33,893 nucleotides of DNA from Trichoplax sp. H2 (lineage: Eukaryota). The stretch lies in NCBI GenBank assembly GCA_003344405.1, contig NOWV01000182.1, positions 124,001-157,893 on the forward strand, written 5' to 3'. How positions within the stretch are numbered: position 1 is the first letter of the stretch; each line of letters starts with the position of its first letter. Positions 9,831 to 22,111 of this stretch are shown piece by piece. Made by a program: the position numbers and the translations under genes. The notes under the pieces are model-generated. The model searched no databases and was not told where the DNA came from. It was given only the letters and a program-made list of their open reading frames with translations.

Positions 9831-12800
9831 ATGGCGTCTGGAATCCTCCATTTTATCACTGCCAAATGGCAAGAAATTGCTACCAATTACAGGGATTTAA
9901 TCATTAAAGATCCTGAAATAGCTTCGAGAATAGAAGCTATCCTGCGTATGGTCTCCTATCTTATCCAAGGTTATACACGTAAGATAGATACGGTGTTGAA
10001 AAGATTGCAAACGGGAGCAAAATATCTGCTAATAGTACAGAGTCTACGGGGATATACACTACTAAGCTTGCATGCTAAATACGTTGGGTATCGTCTACAC
10101 CCGATCACAAGAATGCTATCCACTTGGTTTTTTAATTTTAGACTAGTGTGTAAATAGATGTAGGGTAAAACAATTTCACCCTGTGGATTCCCCATTCTAC
10201 AAGATAGGCCATAGTGTAATGCGATTTCTATGGACCCTTACGCTACAAAAGAGCAGCTCTCAACGAGTAGCAGTGACCACCAAGTGGATTCCAAGAAAGA
10301 GTCCACCTCTCTCGTTATTCTATCCTATATAGTCCTACTAGTAAATTGTACAGACAATATCAATGTGGATAACACGATTGAATAGTGTTGCTATTTAATA
10401 CGCTAATGTGAAATGCTCGTGCTAGTATTCAGCATCGCTATGTGCCAGTACTAGTTCACGCAATTTCAGCCCCTTGTGTCTTGGTAGGAATGCTCGTCAT
10501 GACAACCATCACGACTAAAACGATGTGATAGCGTTCATGTATACCATCTGATCTAGCCTAGAATAGCAATCCTATCCTACTAGTATCCTACGAATACTTT
10601 AAGAGATACAATTTGAAGGATAGTATACTGTACAGTACTGTACTATGCATGATTGCTAGATCAAGGGTACAAGTACTTTTGCAGCGAATGGCGACGAGTT
10701 TGCTAAAACCTGTAATACTGTACTTATGTCGTTCCACACTCAATTGTCTAACTATGACTTTCTATCCTGTAGGCAAATTTCCTTTTTCTCAAGAAATATC
10801 AGAATTAGGTAAGTCAGGAAGCTGTAGCGCACTTCAATCCCACATCTCCCTCTGAAACTGTACATATTATAAAGAGATCTATTTGTCTTGTTACTCATCA
10901 TGTATGTTAAACGCATACCTGCTATATCGATTATCCTCTGTAAACTGTATTTTACAGTAATTATTAATTAATTTTCAGGATAAGAATTCATATAATCTTA
11001 GTTCCGTTTTATCCATTTCTTGAATAAATATCTAATCGAATATATGCATTTCATTGGACAACAGTTTATACTGCATCTAATCTGTTGACGTTAACCAACG
11101 ACGAAATCTATAGACATGCCAGGAAATTAGCCAATGTTTCGGTAAGATAAAACAGCAGGAATAGACCTAGAAAATTATGTCGTATGAACATACTGTAATC
11201 GACTAGCATAATATGCTTAGGTCTGATACTATTAGCAGTTCTTTCATTCATCACTCAAAATACCAGTACTAACCACTTCAGGATAACAACTATGACATCC
11301 AACATCAATACTTCCTCATAGAAAAGAATTGCCATCATAGTAACCATGAAGGCATACTGTTGTATAATTAATTATTATTTATATAGCGATACTCCCCTGA
11401 AAGGTACATCATGGAAACCTAGTTGATAATATGAACTAATCTTGTGCTAATTCAGTATTAAAAAGGTGATCGTAATGACCAATAAAATGCTATGCTGTAG
11501 ACTATTGCATAGGTTGCACTATGCGTAGGCTGTTATTACTGTATGTACTAGATGCTATCGTACGCGGACATAACAATTGTGTAAATTCCCTAATCCATCT
11601 TGTAAAACAAGTAGTATTGATTTCAGCTATCAATAGAACAGTATGAGTAGTTACTGCAATGACTCTTATACCATTATTAGCAACTATATTTTCCAATGCA
11701 AACTCTTTTCTTTCGCTATAGTCTGCATCTGTAATAAAGATCAAAAGATGGCTCACAGTAGTTGAATACGTTGAAGTATTTATTGAAGTTGGATCGGCTC
11801 GTCTTCTCGGCGACTTTGGACGCTGGGTGGTAGTATTAATGGTACAAATTTTAAAGTAAGTCATTGTAATACTTATTACCATCCAATATGAAACCGGTAT
11901 ACTGTAGTTTTAATTTGGAAACACTCAACACCAAGTAATATTCACTTTATCAAAAAGAGCCGCAATGAGATTGGTCTTAGTTTTCAAGCACAAAGATGGT
12001 ATCCAATGTCGACCAACGATTGCACCCATGAAAAGAGATTCTAAAACTTTATCCGAGATGAACAACAAACAAAATATGAAAAATGATCCAACTGCCCAGG
12101 AACTGCCAGTATGGAAAGGAGAAAGATCCGGGCGATTCGTTCGATCTCTTTCTGCCGGTAGTCAAGCTTAAACTTTGAAATCGAAGATTGTCACTTACAT
12201 TCAGTTACTTTGAACAATTTATACCGTGTAATTGTTGTAATCTTATATTTTCATGCACCAGATCGTCGTCAATACCCTAACTTAGACCAATATAAGATGT
12301 TTGTCGAACAAGAGCCCACTCCCCTTACGGAAAGGCAAAAGCTAGCGGAACTGTTATATACTGTCCGCCCAGTTCTTCACAGTAAGTATTCATCAATAAA
12401 TCATCGCTACGTTATAACCTAAAGTAGCCTATAGAAGTCACCTCTCAGATGAAAACTCTTATTGTAGTATTAAGCATGTTTACTTTTGGACAAAACTCCT
12501 GGAAACCCTGGCTAATATCCACATTTACGGATCTATCCAGGTATCGTAAAGAGCTTTAGAAAGGTTTCTTACTAATTGTAATAGATCTGCCATCCCGCAT
12601 GAACTAATTTTTACTTTGGAATGAAATTCTTATCTTACAATAATGTCCTAATGTAGTTTAGTGATAGCGGGCGATACTACAAAACGAACTTTTCAAGAAA
12701 GACAAGAAATTTCTCGCCGATATATGGTGTTACTATTATATTTACTGAGATCTCCTTGTTATGACAATTATTCAAGGTAAGTGAGGCAATGACTGTAATA

Positions 12801-13065
12801 AATTTGATGCATCGGGCATTAAAATTGAACTATTATCTGCTTATGCCGAAATTGTATAGGGAGAAAGTGATAGCCATCCTTGGCTTTTTAAGCCGTTATA
12901 TTCCTGGATCATCACTTATAATCGGTATGGTATATTTGTACAATTGCATGTGTTAAGGCTTTATAATATAATACGTATTATTTGCTCTGCCAATGTCTTA
13001 TAGGTCCGTTAATAGAATATTTACCGTATTGGCAGAAAACCTACTCTTATAATTGGACTTCCTAA
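9831..13065 (+). CDS. PEX16: Peroxisomal membrane protein PEX16 (peroxisomal biogenesis factor 16), 10 coding exons, 341 aa
   Basis: join(9831..9969,10773..10808,11065..11141,11722..11855,11958..12157,12262..12381,12468..12540,12657..12776,12860..12924,13004..13065). All introns are GT-AG with compatible phases; total 1026 nt = 341 aa + TAA. The translation has PEX16 hallmarks: SYLIQGKFPFSQEISELVYTASNLL, WLTVVEYVEVFIEVG, GRWVVV, GERSGRFVRSL, AELLYTVRPVLH, SWKPWL, LLYLLRSPCYD, PLIEYLPYWQKTYSYNW. Confidence 0.95.
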
Positions 13066-14052
13066 TTATTATATTATTGTACTTTCTTATTACTCATTCC
13101 TGATTTTCCTTTTATGTGATTTCTTTAATCGAAATGGCAAATTATCAACTATGGACTCGATGAGTGGATTAAACTGATAGCCCTGTTTATCGAAAATATT
13201 TAAAAGTTGATAACTCTCTGATAAATATTACTTGTATTATCATTCTAAATATGACAAACAGGAACGTCTGATAAAATCAAAGTGCAGCATTACCATTTAT
13301 AACTGTTATATCATGCTTCACTCACATAATCGATGGGCAACACCAGTGATCCTACTAATGAGTAAAAGAATCAAGTTAAGCTGTTCATCTTCTAAATTTT
13401 ATTGTAATTTGATGTGTTTTACATCATTTTGTTAATTCTTTTAATTACATCATACAGTAGGAACTGTTTCATCTACATTTAATGTCAATATATAATTTGT
13501 CGTAGGCCTACATCTATTGTACAGCACAGTAAAATGTAAGCCTGTAGGGCAACGACAGCACTTGAACTTATTTGCTTATTATTTCGAGTATACTTTTGAA
13601 ATAAATGATGTGCAACAAATGAAAATTACTTGTATACCACTCATCTGGCGATCGTGAACTGGAAAAAATTAAAAGTATGCTCATAACCGATACGCAATGG
13701 CTATCGCTAAAACCCGTTAAATTATCGAAGTCATATATAAATAAATTAATATGATTTTAACCTTTGATACTTGACTGAATCATGTCAAAGAAATTGACAA
13801 TAATTACGCTAGTTTCAATCGCCTTCCTTTCATTAAAAATTATTACCGATGAACATTAGTCAACTTTACTTTATACAACCTGTACCTTCCTTACCTTGTA
13901 CGATAAATTTGCAGACTTATCAAGACTAAGGATTTAATACTATTATGACCCGATTTCATATTAATATCTATAATGTCTCAACGAATCTAGATTGCCTTGC
14001 CTAATAGAGGCCGATCTAAAAATTCATTCAATTCCCCATTTCTTTGTAAAAC

Positions 14053-14166
14053 TGTTACGAAGTAGAAATTTTCTAATTGGTTTACTATGTTGGACTCGTA
14101 GTTATGATTCGTATAGTGAACTCTTATTCTTATTACAAGAAAATCTTACAAAAAAAGATCGTGACA
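14053..14166. mobile_element. 114-bp insertion with TGTTACGA...TCGTGACA ends (miniature or internally deleted solo-LTR-like element)
   Basis: Absent from the homologous position of the other units. Termini are a 7/8 inverted match with TG...CA. Only a partial flanking duplication (AAC) is visible. Confidence 0.5.
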
Positions 14167-15486
14167 AACAATCCAAGGAGCAACAATAGGAATATTTTTA
14201 TTTAAATTATAATTGAATGCTACTTAATTATAACAATACAATTTTCTTCAATAATCAGCATTGATGAATGTGTAGTACTGAGCTAATAATAAATGAAGCT
14301 GATAATTAAAAAATGATGCATTGTAATGTAACGTTTGATTCTGATTTTGGGGCCAATAAATACTTAATAGTATGGAAGAGATATATTTCCTATTTATAAA
14401 CTTGTACCTATCGATACCTTCTATAGCGTATTTACTGAAGAACAAATTCAAAATTAATAGGCAATCATTATAGCTATGCGTTGTGGGTATAAAATCGATT
14501 AACTACTAACTTCTACCGTATCTAGCTCTATTTTATGCTTTAAATTGAAATTAATTTCAAGCTCTCCAAAACATAATTCTGTACGTGAATTGTTATCAAT
14601 CGATTTTCTAGTAAGTATTACAGGCCAAAGACAAGTAGAAACTAGCAAGTTACTGTAATGAAAATCGTATCTTAGAGCACAATTAAACTCTGATAACTAC
14701 ATGTCGAAAGATTGAAATTATCTTCGAGCTAATTAAGCCTCATAGCCGTTACTAACAGTATTTGATACTTTACTTTTTTAATTAATAAAGTTTAGCTAAT
14801 CTTTAATCGGTATAAGCCTGATTAACAAATGATCAGACACATAATTTTAATTGTAGCCCTTCTTTCTCCTTAAAGTTTTTTGCAATCCTTTCTCATTTCA
14901 TTCATTCTCTACGTCTAAAAATAATTTCAAATTAAAAAAGGATTAAATGCCCAATTGATCCATGTATTCTATTCTCTTTAATAGTAAACGGCATGCGTTA
15001 TAAAAATTGGCAATAATTTAACATTACCTACCGATATTGTAAAAGAGTAACAACAAGAAGCAATCCAATTAACCCTTACCTAACGTTATAATTATAATTT
15101 TACAATTGCTTCCCATTTTTCAGTGTAGCATTAGCAATACCTCCTACCAATGAATAACAATGGATAAATGATAACATAGTAGCAAAGAGAAAATTGTTTA
15201 ATTAAGCATAGCAAACTGATTTGAAAACACTACTACCAGATGTTACAGCGGTTAAATTCAAAGCATTAATTTCACTCGGGATAATTACAACACGGCTTAG
15301 GTTACAAGAGTAAAATTAGAAAATTTTCTTTAATTGTTAAATGTATTTCCAGAATTAATTTAATCAAGAAACGTTAGATTACAGTCGAGTATTAACAAGT
15401 TCAATCAATGTATAGCCAAATAAGCATATTTAATCGCATCGATCTTTTGCAATAGATATAGATTAAAAGTATCCAACTCATCGACT

Positions 15487-16446
15487 ATGTTTAATAATGC
15501 TACTATTACACACCCGCTAGGAAATCCTGCTATTTTAGTCGTACAGTTTTGCGTTATTACATTGGCATTGGTTAGTAATATCGTTCTGGTAATAATCGTG
15601 GCGTTCTCTAAAAATTTACACGATTTATCTTATAACTTTATTATTAATGTATCTATATCCGATATTATTTCATCAATAACTCAGTATGTATATGCTATTA
15701 CGACAATCTCAACCGTTTCAATGTCTAGACCTGTAGGTGTTGTTGTATGTCCAATAGCATATGGACTTACGGTTACATCGATCAATACCTCTATTGCAAG
15801 TTTAACGATGATAAGTATCTATCGATTTAAAATCGTTACTTGTCCGTTAACATTTCGAGATACAACTATTTTTAAACATTGTACTAAGTTTATTATACTG
15901 TCTTGGCTTATAAGCGTCGTATTCGCTATCCCTGCTTTCCTAATTGGAACTTATAATTCAGTAATGAAAAGCTGCGACTTTGGCTTTCCCTATGGTAACA
16001 TCTTCAACGTTGTCTATTTTTCGATTACCTTGCTATTCGTGTACTTGATTCCAGGAATAATAATGTTAAGGAATTATAGACATATCGCAATCAGTTTGTC
16101 TTCTCAAATATCTGATAATACTACTATATCTCATGACCGCGAAGCTTCTATTAATCGTACACGGAGCGTTATTCGAGTTTTTATTATCGCAACACTGGCA
16201 CAAACATTACTGACATTGCCCTATATTATAACTATCTTGACTTATTCAATACTCAATCAAAGTCAATTTCAACTACTCTTTAACAATACCCAATTTTTTG
16301 TAGTCATCTTGTTATCGTTTACGAGTAATTCCGTATCTTACTTAGTAAATCCATTTATGTTCTTGATTTTCGATAAAAATGTAAAAACGTCTATGTATGA
16401 CTTATGTTTTCGAATTCGTGATAGACGTAGTAATACGAAATCATGA
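15487..16446 (+). CDS. Class A (rhodopsin-like) orphan GPCR, copy 1, intact, 319 aa
   Basis: Seven hydrophobic segments. N-glycosylation sequon NAT, TM1 SN, TM2 NVSISD, TM3 Cys and SIYR (DRY position), TM4 W, ECL2 Cys, TM5 YLIPG..M...Y, TM6 LPY, TM7 NPFMF. Intronless CDS. Confidence 0.92.
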   Translation: MFNNATITHPLGNPAILVVQFCVITLALVSNIVLVIIVAFSKNLHDLSYNFIINVSISDIISSITQYVYAITTISTVSMSRPVGVVVCPIAYGLTVTSINTSIASLTMISIYRFKIVTCPLTFRDTTIFKHCTKFIILSWLISVVFAIPAFLIGTYNSVMKSCDFGFPYGNIFNVVYFSITLLFVYLIPGIIMLRNYRHIAISLSSQISDNTTISHDREASINRTRSVIRVFIIATLAQTLLTLPYIITILTYSILNQSQFQLLFNNTQFFVVILLSFTSNSVSYLVNPFMFLIFDKNVKTSMYDLCFRIRDRRSNTKS

Positions 16447-16519
16447 TTAATTTATCAAAGTAGCTGCACCAGATACGGTGTCATTTTTCACTAGCCGCTT
16501 AGTCTTAGATAGCTTGCAT

Positions 16520-16990
16520 ACTATCTATAGTGTTAATTGCTATCTAACAGTTATTCTGACATCGATCAAGCTAATACTATAGTAACTTTGATATAGATTA
16601 TTGATAGAGAACGTGTTCGCTATTTAACAGGTTAATTGTTATCCCATCCTTATTCTAACGCGGATCAAATTTCTGCTATGATAACTTCGATACGAAATCA
16701 AGTTAGAGTACTTGTTCACTATTTGTGAGGCTAATAGTCATTTAATCCTTATTCCGAAGTTAGCTGGATCAAATGATTACTAATAACTTTAATAGAAGAT
16801 AATGATAGAGCTCTTACTCTCTATTAACAAGATTAATGGCTATCTAGCTACTATTCTCAAATAGACCAAATTACTACTATAATAAGGTGATACAAATATT
16901 GTTGGAGAACTTGCTTACTCTTTATGCTGCTAATTATTATCTAATCGCTATTTTAAGATGGATCAAAATTACTATCATGGTAACTTTGTG
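16520..16990. repeat. Degenerate ~100-bp minisatellite 3' of the GPCR (about 4.7 units), repeated behind every copy
   Basis: Units start at about 16522, 16621, 16720, 16822 and 16920, sharing TTAAT.G.TATC...TTATTCT...GGATCAAATT.CT.CTAT..TAACTT.GATA...AGAG.ACTTG.TC.C. Homologous arrays lie at about 20056-20315, 23150-23620, 26586-26870, and 31240-31365 plus 31585-31870. Confidence 0.8.
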
Positions 16991-17151
16991 ATGCTGTAGA
17001 ACTATATTGACGATATAATCTTTTAATGAGATTACCTTCTTCTACAGTTATCCTGATTCTATCATGTACTTAATCTGGTAGAAATCGAAGCCTGTAGGGC
17101 GACGACAGTACTTGAACTTGTTCGCTTATTATTTCGAGTATACGTGTACAC

Positions 17152-17459
17152 TCGAAACGAATGACATGCAACAAATAAAAAATGCTCATATACCCCTCAT
17201 CTGGCGAACTTGAATCAGAAAAAATTAAAGCATGCTGTTAAGCAATACGCAATATTCAATGGCTATCACGAAGACTCGTTAATTATAGTCTCATAAAGGT
17301 AAATTGCATTCGAAATAAATGGCATGCAACAAATGGAAAATACTCATATACCACTCGTCTGGCAAACTTGGACCGGAAAAATTAAAGCATGCTCTTAATC
17401 AATATTCAAAGGCTATCACCAAGACTCGTTAAATTATTACACTCTTATAATGGTAAATT
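17152..17459 (+). repeat. Local ~158-bp tandem duplication within the unit 2 upstream region
   Basis: CGAAA..AATG.CATGCAACAAAT...CTGGC.AACTTG...AAAATTAAAGCATGCT...AAGACTCGTTAA...GGTAAATT occurs at 17153 and again at 17311, but once in the other units. Confidence 0.85.
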
Positions 17460-19074
17460 AAAATGATTTTAGCCGTTGGCACTTGGCTGAATTATGCCAA
17501 AGAAACAGCCAATAATAATTATGCTACTTTTAATCGCCTTCTATTGAGTAAAAGTTATCGCCGATGAACATTAGTCAATCTTATTCTATGCTGTATCCAC
17601 TTTACCTTGTACGATAACTTTGCAGACTTTTCAAGACTAAGGACTTAATACTATTGTTGTAAGGCTTAATGCAAATATCTATAATGTCTCAAGGAATCTA
17701 GATTGTCTTGACTAACAGAGACCAATCTAAAAGTTCATCTAACTCTTTATTTCTTTATAATACACCAAATGAAGTAGCAATCTTTTATTTTTTATTTAAT
17801 TTTGATTGAATATTGCATAAATATAATGCTGTAAGTTTTCTTCAATAATTAAAATTGATCAAAGTGTACTACGGAGCTAATAAAATGAAGCTAGTAATTA
17901 AAAATGGTGCACTAAAATGTAATTTTTAATTCTAATTTTGGTGCCATTAAATACTCAATAATATAGCAAAGATGATTTCCTATCCATAAACTGGTACCTG
18001 TTAATACATTCTACAGCATATTTTACAGAAGACATTCAAAATTAATAGGTAATCATGACAGCTATGCGTTGGGCGTATAAAATTACTGGCTAACTTTCTA
18101 TCGCATTTAGCTTTATGCTTCAAATTGAAATCCTAATTAGTTCCAATGAATGGTTATCAATCGATTTTCTAGCAAGTATCAAGGCCATAGATAAGTAGAA
18201 GCTATCAAATTACTGTAATGAAAATCATATCCTAGAATATAATTAAACTCTGGCAACTACATACCTAAAGATTAAAATCATCTTTGGGCTAATTAAGTCT
18301 CATAACCGTTACTAATAGTATTTGATACTTCATTTTATTAATAAGTAAGGTTTAGCTCCATAGTCAAACATTAGTCGGTATAAGCCCGATTAACAAATAA
18401 TCAGACTTAAAACTTCAATAATGGCCGTTCTTTCTCCGTAAAATTTTTATTTTAATCCTTTCTCATTCTATTCATTCTCTACTTTCAAAATAATTTGAAA
18501 CTAAAATAGGACTAACTGCCCAATCGGTCTATACTTATATCCTATTTACTTTATAGATAGAGCACATGCATTATTATAAAAATTGACAATCATTTAATGT
18601 TACCTACTAACTACTAACTACTAACAATGTATAAGAGTAATGACAATAAGCAATTCAATCAACTCTTCTTTAACGTTATAATGATAATTTTACAATTGCT
18701 TTCCACTTTTTACAGGTATCATTAGCAATTCCTATCATCAGTGGAGAACAATAGATAAATGATTACATAGTAGTTAGGGAAAATTGCTCAATTAATAAGT
18801 AAAATAAATTGGTATGAAAACACTACTGCCAGATGTTACAGCTATTAAATTTAAAGCATTAATTCACTCGGGATAATTACAACACGGCTTAGGCTGCAAG
18901 AGTAGAATTAGGAGAATTCTCTTTAATCGCTGTACGTATTTCCAAACTCAATTCAAGAAACGTTAGATTACAGTCGAGTATTGACACTTCAATCATTCTA
19001 CGGCCAAATAAGCATATTTAATCGCATCGATCTTTTGCAATAAATGTAGATTAAAAACATCCAACTCGTCAACT

Positions 19075-19986
19075 ATGCTTAATAATACTACTTTTAGGCT
19101 GCCGCTAGAAAATTCTGCTTTTTTAGTCGTCCAGTTTTGCTTTACTACATTGACAATGGTTAGTAATATCGCTCTAGTAGTAATTATGTTGTTCTCTAAA
19201 AATTTACACGATTTATCTTATAACTTTATTATTAATGTATCGATATCTGATATTATTTCAACGATCGTAATGTATACATATACTGTTACAGCAGTCTCAA
19301 CCGTTTCAATGTCTAGACCTGTTGGTGTTGTTGTATGTCGATTAGCATATGGACTTACGGCTACATCGGCTAATACCTCTATTGCAAGTTTAACTATGAT
19401 AAGTATCTGCATTAAAGACAAGCTAAAATTAATAAATTCAGTAAATGTCTTGTTAATTGTATTCGCTACGCCTGCTTTCCTAATAGGAGCTTTTAATTCA
19501 GTGACGAAAAACTGCGACCTTGGCTTCCCTTATGGTAACATCTTCAACGTTGTCTATTTTTCTATTACCTTACTATTCGTATACTTGATTCCAGGAACAA
19601 TAATGTTAAGGAATTATAGGCGTATCGCAATCAGTTTATCTTCTCAAATATCTGATAGCACTGCTATATCTCATAACCGTGAAGCTTCTATTAATCGTAC
19701 AAAAGGCGTTATTCGAGTTTTTATTGTTGCAACACTCGCACAAATACTACTGACATTGCCCTATGTTATATCTGTCTTGGCTTATTCAATACTCAATCAA
19801 AGCCAAATTCAGCTAATCTTTAATAATCCCCGATTTTTCGTTGTCATTTTGTTATCGTTTGCGATCAATATCGCATCCTACTTGGTAAATCCATTTGTAT
19901 TCTTATTTTTCGATAAAAATATTGGAATTGCAGCACATGACTTGTATCTTCGAATTCGCGATAGTTGTAGTATTACGAAATCATGA
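19075..19986 (+). CDS. Class A GPCR copy 2, 303 aa, with an in-frame replacement removing the TM3 YR motif, ICL2 and half of TM4 (possible pseudogene)
   Basis: Co-linear with copy 1 except that 98 nt (15821-15918 in copy 1) are replaced by 50 unrelated nt (19409-19458), a net loss of 48 nt (16 aa). Confidence 0.8.
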   Translation: MLNNTTFRLPLENSAFLVVQFCFTTLTMVSNIALVVIMLFSKNLHDLSYNFIINVSISDIISTIVMYTYTVTAVSTVSMSRPVGVVVCRLAYGLTATSANTSIASLTMISICIKDKLKLINSVNVLLIVFATPAFLIGAFNSVTKNCDLGFPYGNIFNVVYFSITLLFVYLIPGTIMLRNYRRIAISLSSQISDSTAISHNREASINRTKGVIRVFIVATLAQILLTLPYVISVLAYSILNQSQIQLIFNNPRFFVVILLSFAINIASYLVNPFVFLFFDKNIGIAAHDLYLRIRDSCSITKS

Positions 19987-22111
19987 ACAATTTATCAGAG
20001 TGGACGTATCAAATGTCATTTTTTAACTAGCTACTTAGTCTTAGATAGCTTGCATACTATTTACAGTGTTAATTGCTATCTAACTCTTATTCTGAAATGA
20101 ATCAAATCACTGCTACAGTAACTTCGATGTAGGTTAATGATTGAGAATCTGTTCACTATTTAACGACTTAATTGTTATCCCATCTTTATTCTAAAGTGGA
20201 CCAAATTTCTACTATAACAACTTCGATACGAAATCAAATTGGAGTACTTGCTCACTATTTGTGGGTTAATAGTTATTCAATTCTTATTCGGAAGTTAGAT
20301 GGATCAAATTACTAGTTCTCGAGTAAATACTTAAATATATGAGATACAACAAATGGAAAATACTCTGTTCCTTGGCGAACTTGAACTGGAAAAAATTAAA
20401 GCATGCTCCTAACTAATATGCAACAGTTTATTACTATCATTAAGACTCGTTAAATTATTACAGCCCTATAAAAGTAAATTAAAATAATTTAACAATGACA
20501 ATTAGCTGAATTATGTCGAAGTAATAGGCAATGATTACGCTATTTTTAATCGTCCTCCATCAAGTAAAAATTGTTATCGATGAACTGTAGTCAATTTTAT
20601 TTTATACAAGCTGTATATTCCTTACCTTGTACGATAACTTTACAGACTTATTAAGGTTAAGAATTTAATACCATTATCATACAATTTCATACTAATATCT
20701 ATAAGATCTTAATGAATCTAGATTGCCTTTACTAGTAATAGAGACCGATCTAAAAGCTCATTCAACTCTTTATTTCTGTATAGTACACCAAATAGAGCAA
20801 TATAAATAATCTTTTTATTTATTTGTAATTGTATACTCAATAAATATAAAAATCCAAGTTTTCTTTTCTTCAATAATCAGCATTGATTAAGGTGTCTGCT
20901 GAGCTAATAATTGATGAAGCTGGTAATTAAAACTGGGACATTGGAATTTAATGTTTTGATTCTATTTTTTAGGCCAATAAATACTCAATAGTACGGCAAA
21001 GATATGTTTCCTTTTCGTAAACTCTTACCGGTCAATACATTCCATAATATATTTTACAGAAGACATTCAAGATTACAAGGCAATCATTATAGCCATGAGT
21101 TGGGGGTACAAATTAGTGGCCAACTCTCTACCGTATTTAAGACTATTCTGTGATTTAAATTAAAATCCTAATTAATTTCAAGCTATCCAAGGCATGATGT
21201 TGCACATGAATGGCTATCAATCGATTTTCTAGCAAGAATCGTAGGCCAAGGACAAGTAGGAATTATTAATTTAAAGTAATGAAAACCATGTCTTAAAATA
21301 TAATTAAACTCTAATTACTAAACATCCAAAGATTGAAATCACCTACGGGCTAATCATATCTTATAGCCGATACTGACAGTATTTGATACTTCATTTTACT
21401 AATTAATAAGGTTAAGCTCCATAGCTAAACTTCAGTCAATATAGGTCCGATTAACAAATAATCAGGTTTAAAACTTCAATATTTTTCATACTTTTTCCTT
21501 GAGGTTATATTTTCTCATTCTGTTCATTCTCTATATTTAAAAATTATTTGAAGCTAAAGTGGAATTAACTTATCATCGGTCTATACATACAATTTACTTT
21601 AAATGTAGATGGCGGACGTTATAGAAATTGATAATCATTTAACATTACCTACTAACATTGTACAAGAGTGCAGTATTGACAATAAGCAATTAAATTAACC
21701 CTTATTTAACGTTATAATGATAATATTACAATTGCTTTCTACTTTTTTGTGTAGCTTTAGCAATACTTTCTACCAATGAATAACAATAGATAAATGATTG
21801 CATAGTAGTCAAGGGAAAATTGCTCAACTATGTGTAATAAATTGTTGTGAAAACACTACTACCAGATGTTTCAGCAGACAAATTTAAAGCATCAATTCAC
21901 TTGGAATAATTACAACACGGCTTGGGTTACAAGAATAAATTAAGAGAATTCCCTTTAATTATTGAACGTATTTCCAAACCTTATTCAATCAAGAAACGTT
22001 AGATTGCAACCAAGTATTAACAGATTCAATTATTCTATTGCCAAAGAAGCATATTTAATCGTATTGATCTTTTGCAATAGATGTAAATTAAAAACATCCA
22101 ACTCATCAACT

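Noticed and set aside
9700-9900. 66-aa ORF with PVPVPVP
   Set aside because: It starts at GTG, is produced by the (CCAGTA)n repeat, and overlaps PEX16 exon 1 out of frame.
9970-10157. Continuation of the 108-aa ORF beyond PEX16 exon 1
   Set aside because: PEX16 similarity ends at the GT donor at 9970; the rest is intron read-through. The ORFs at 10613, 11965 and 12210 are likewise exons plus intron flanks.
10495-10555. Possible intronic C/D snoRNA ending in CTGA
   Set aside because: No proper RTGATGA C box or terminal stem.
11502-11882. 126-aa minus-strand ORF
   Set aside because: Antisense to PEX16 exon 4 with no recognisable features. The ORFs at 2897, 6410, 6961, 9971 and 19218 are similar antisense or intronic shadows.
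16520-16990. CRISPR array, or ankyrin/TPR-coding remnant (99-102 bp period)
   Set aside because: Whole units are homologous with no unique spacers, and the context is eukaryotic with no cas genes. Six-frame translation of one unit gave stops in every frame and no ankyrin/TPR consensus.
21962-22111. 50-aa N-terminal extension of GPCR copy 3
   Set aside because: It needs a TTG start and is a chance open frame in upstream DNA. The homologous ATG is at 22112.
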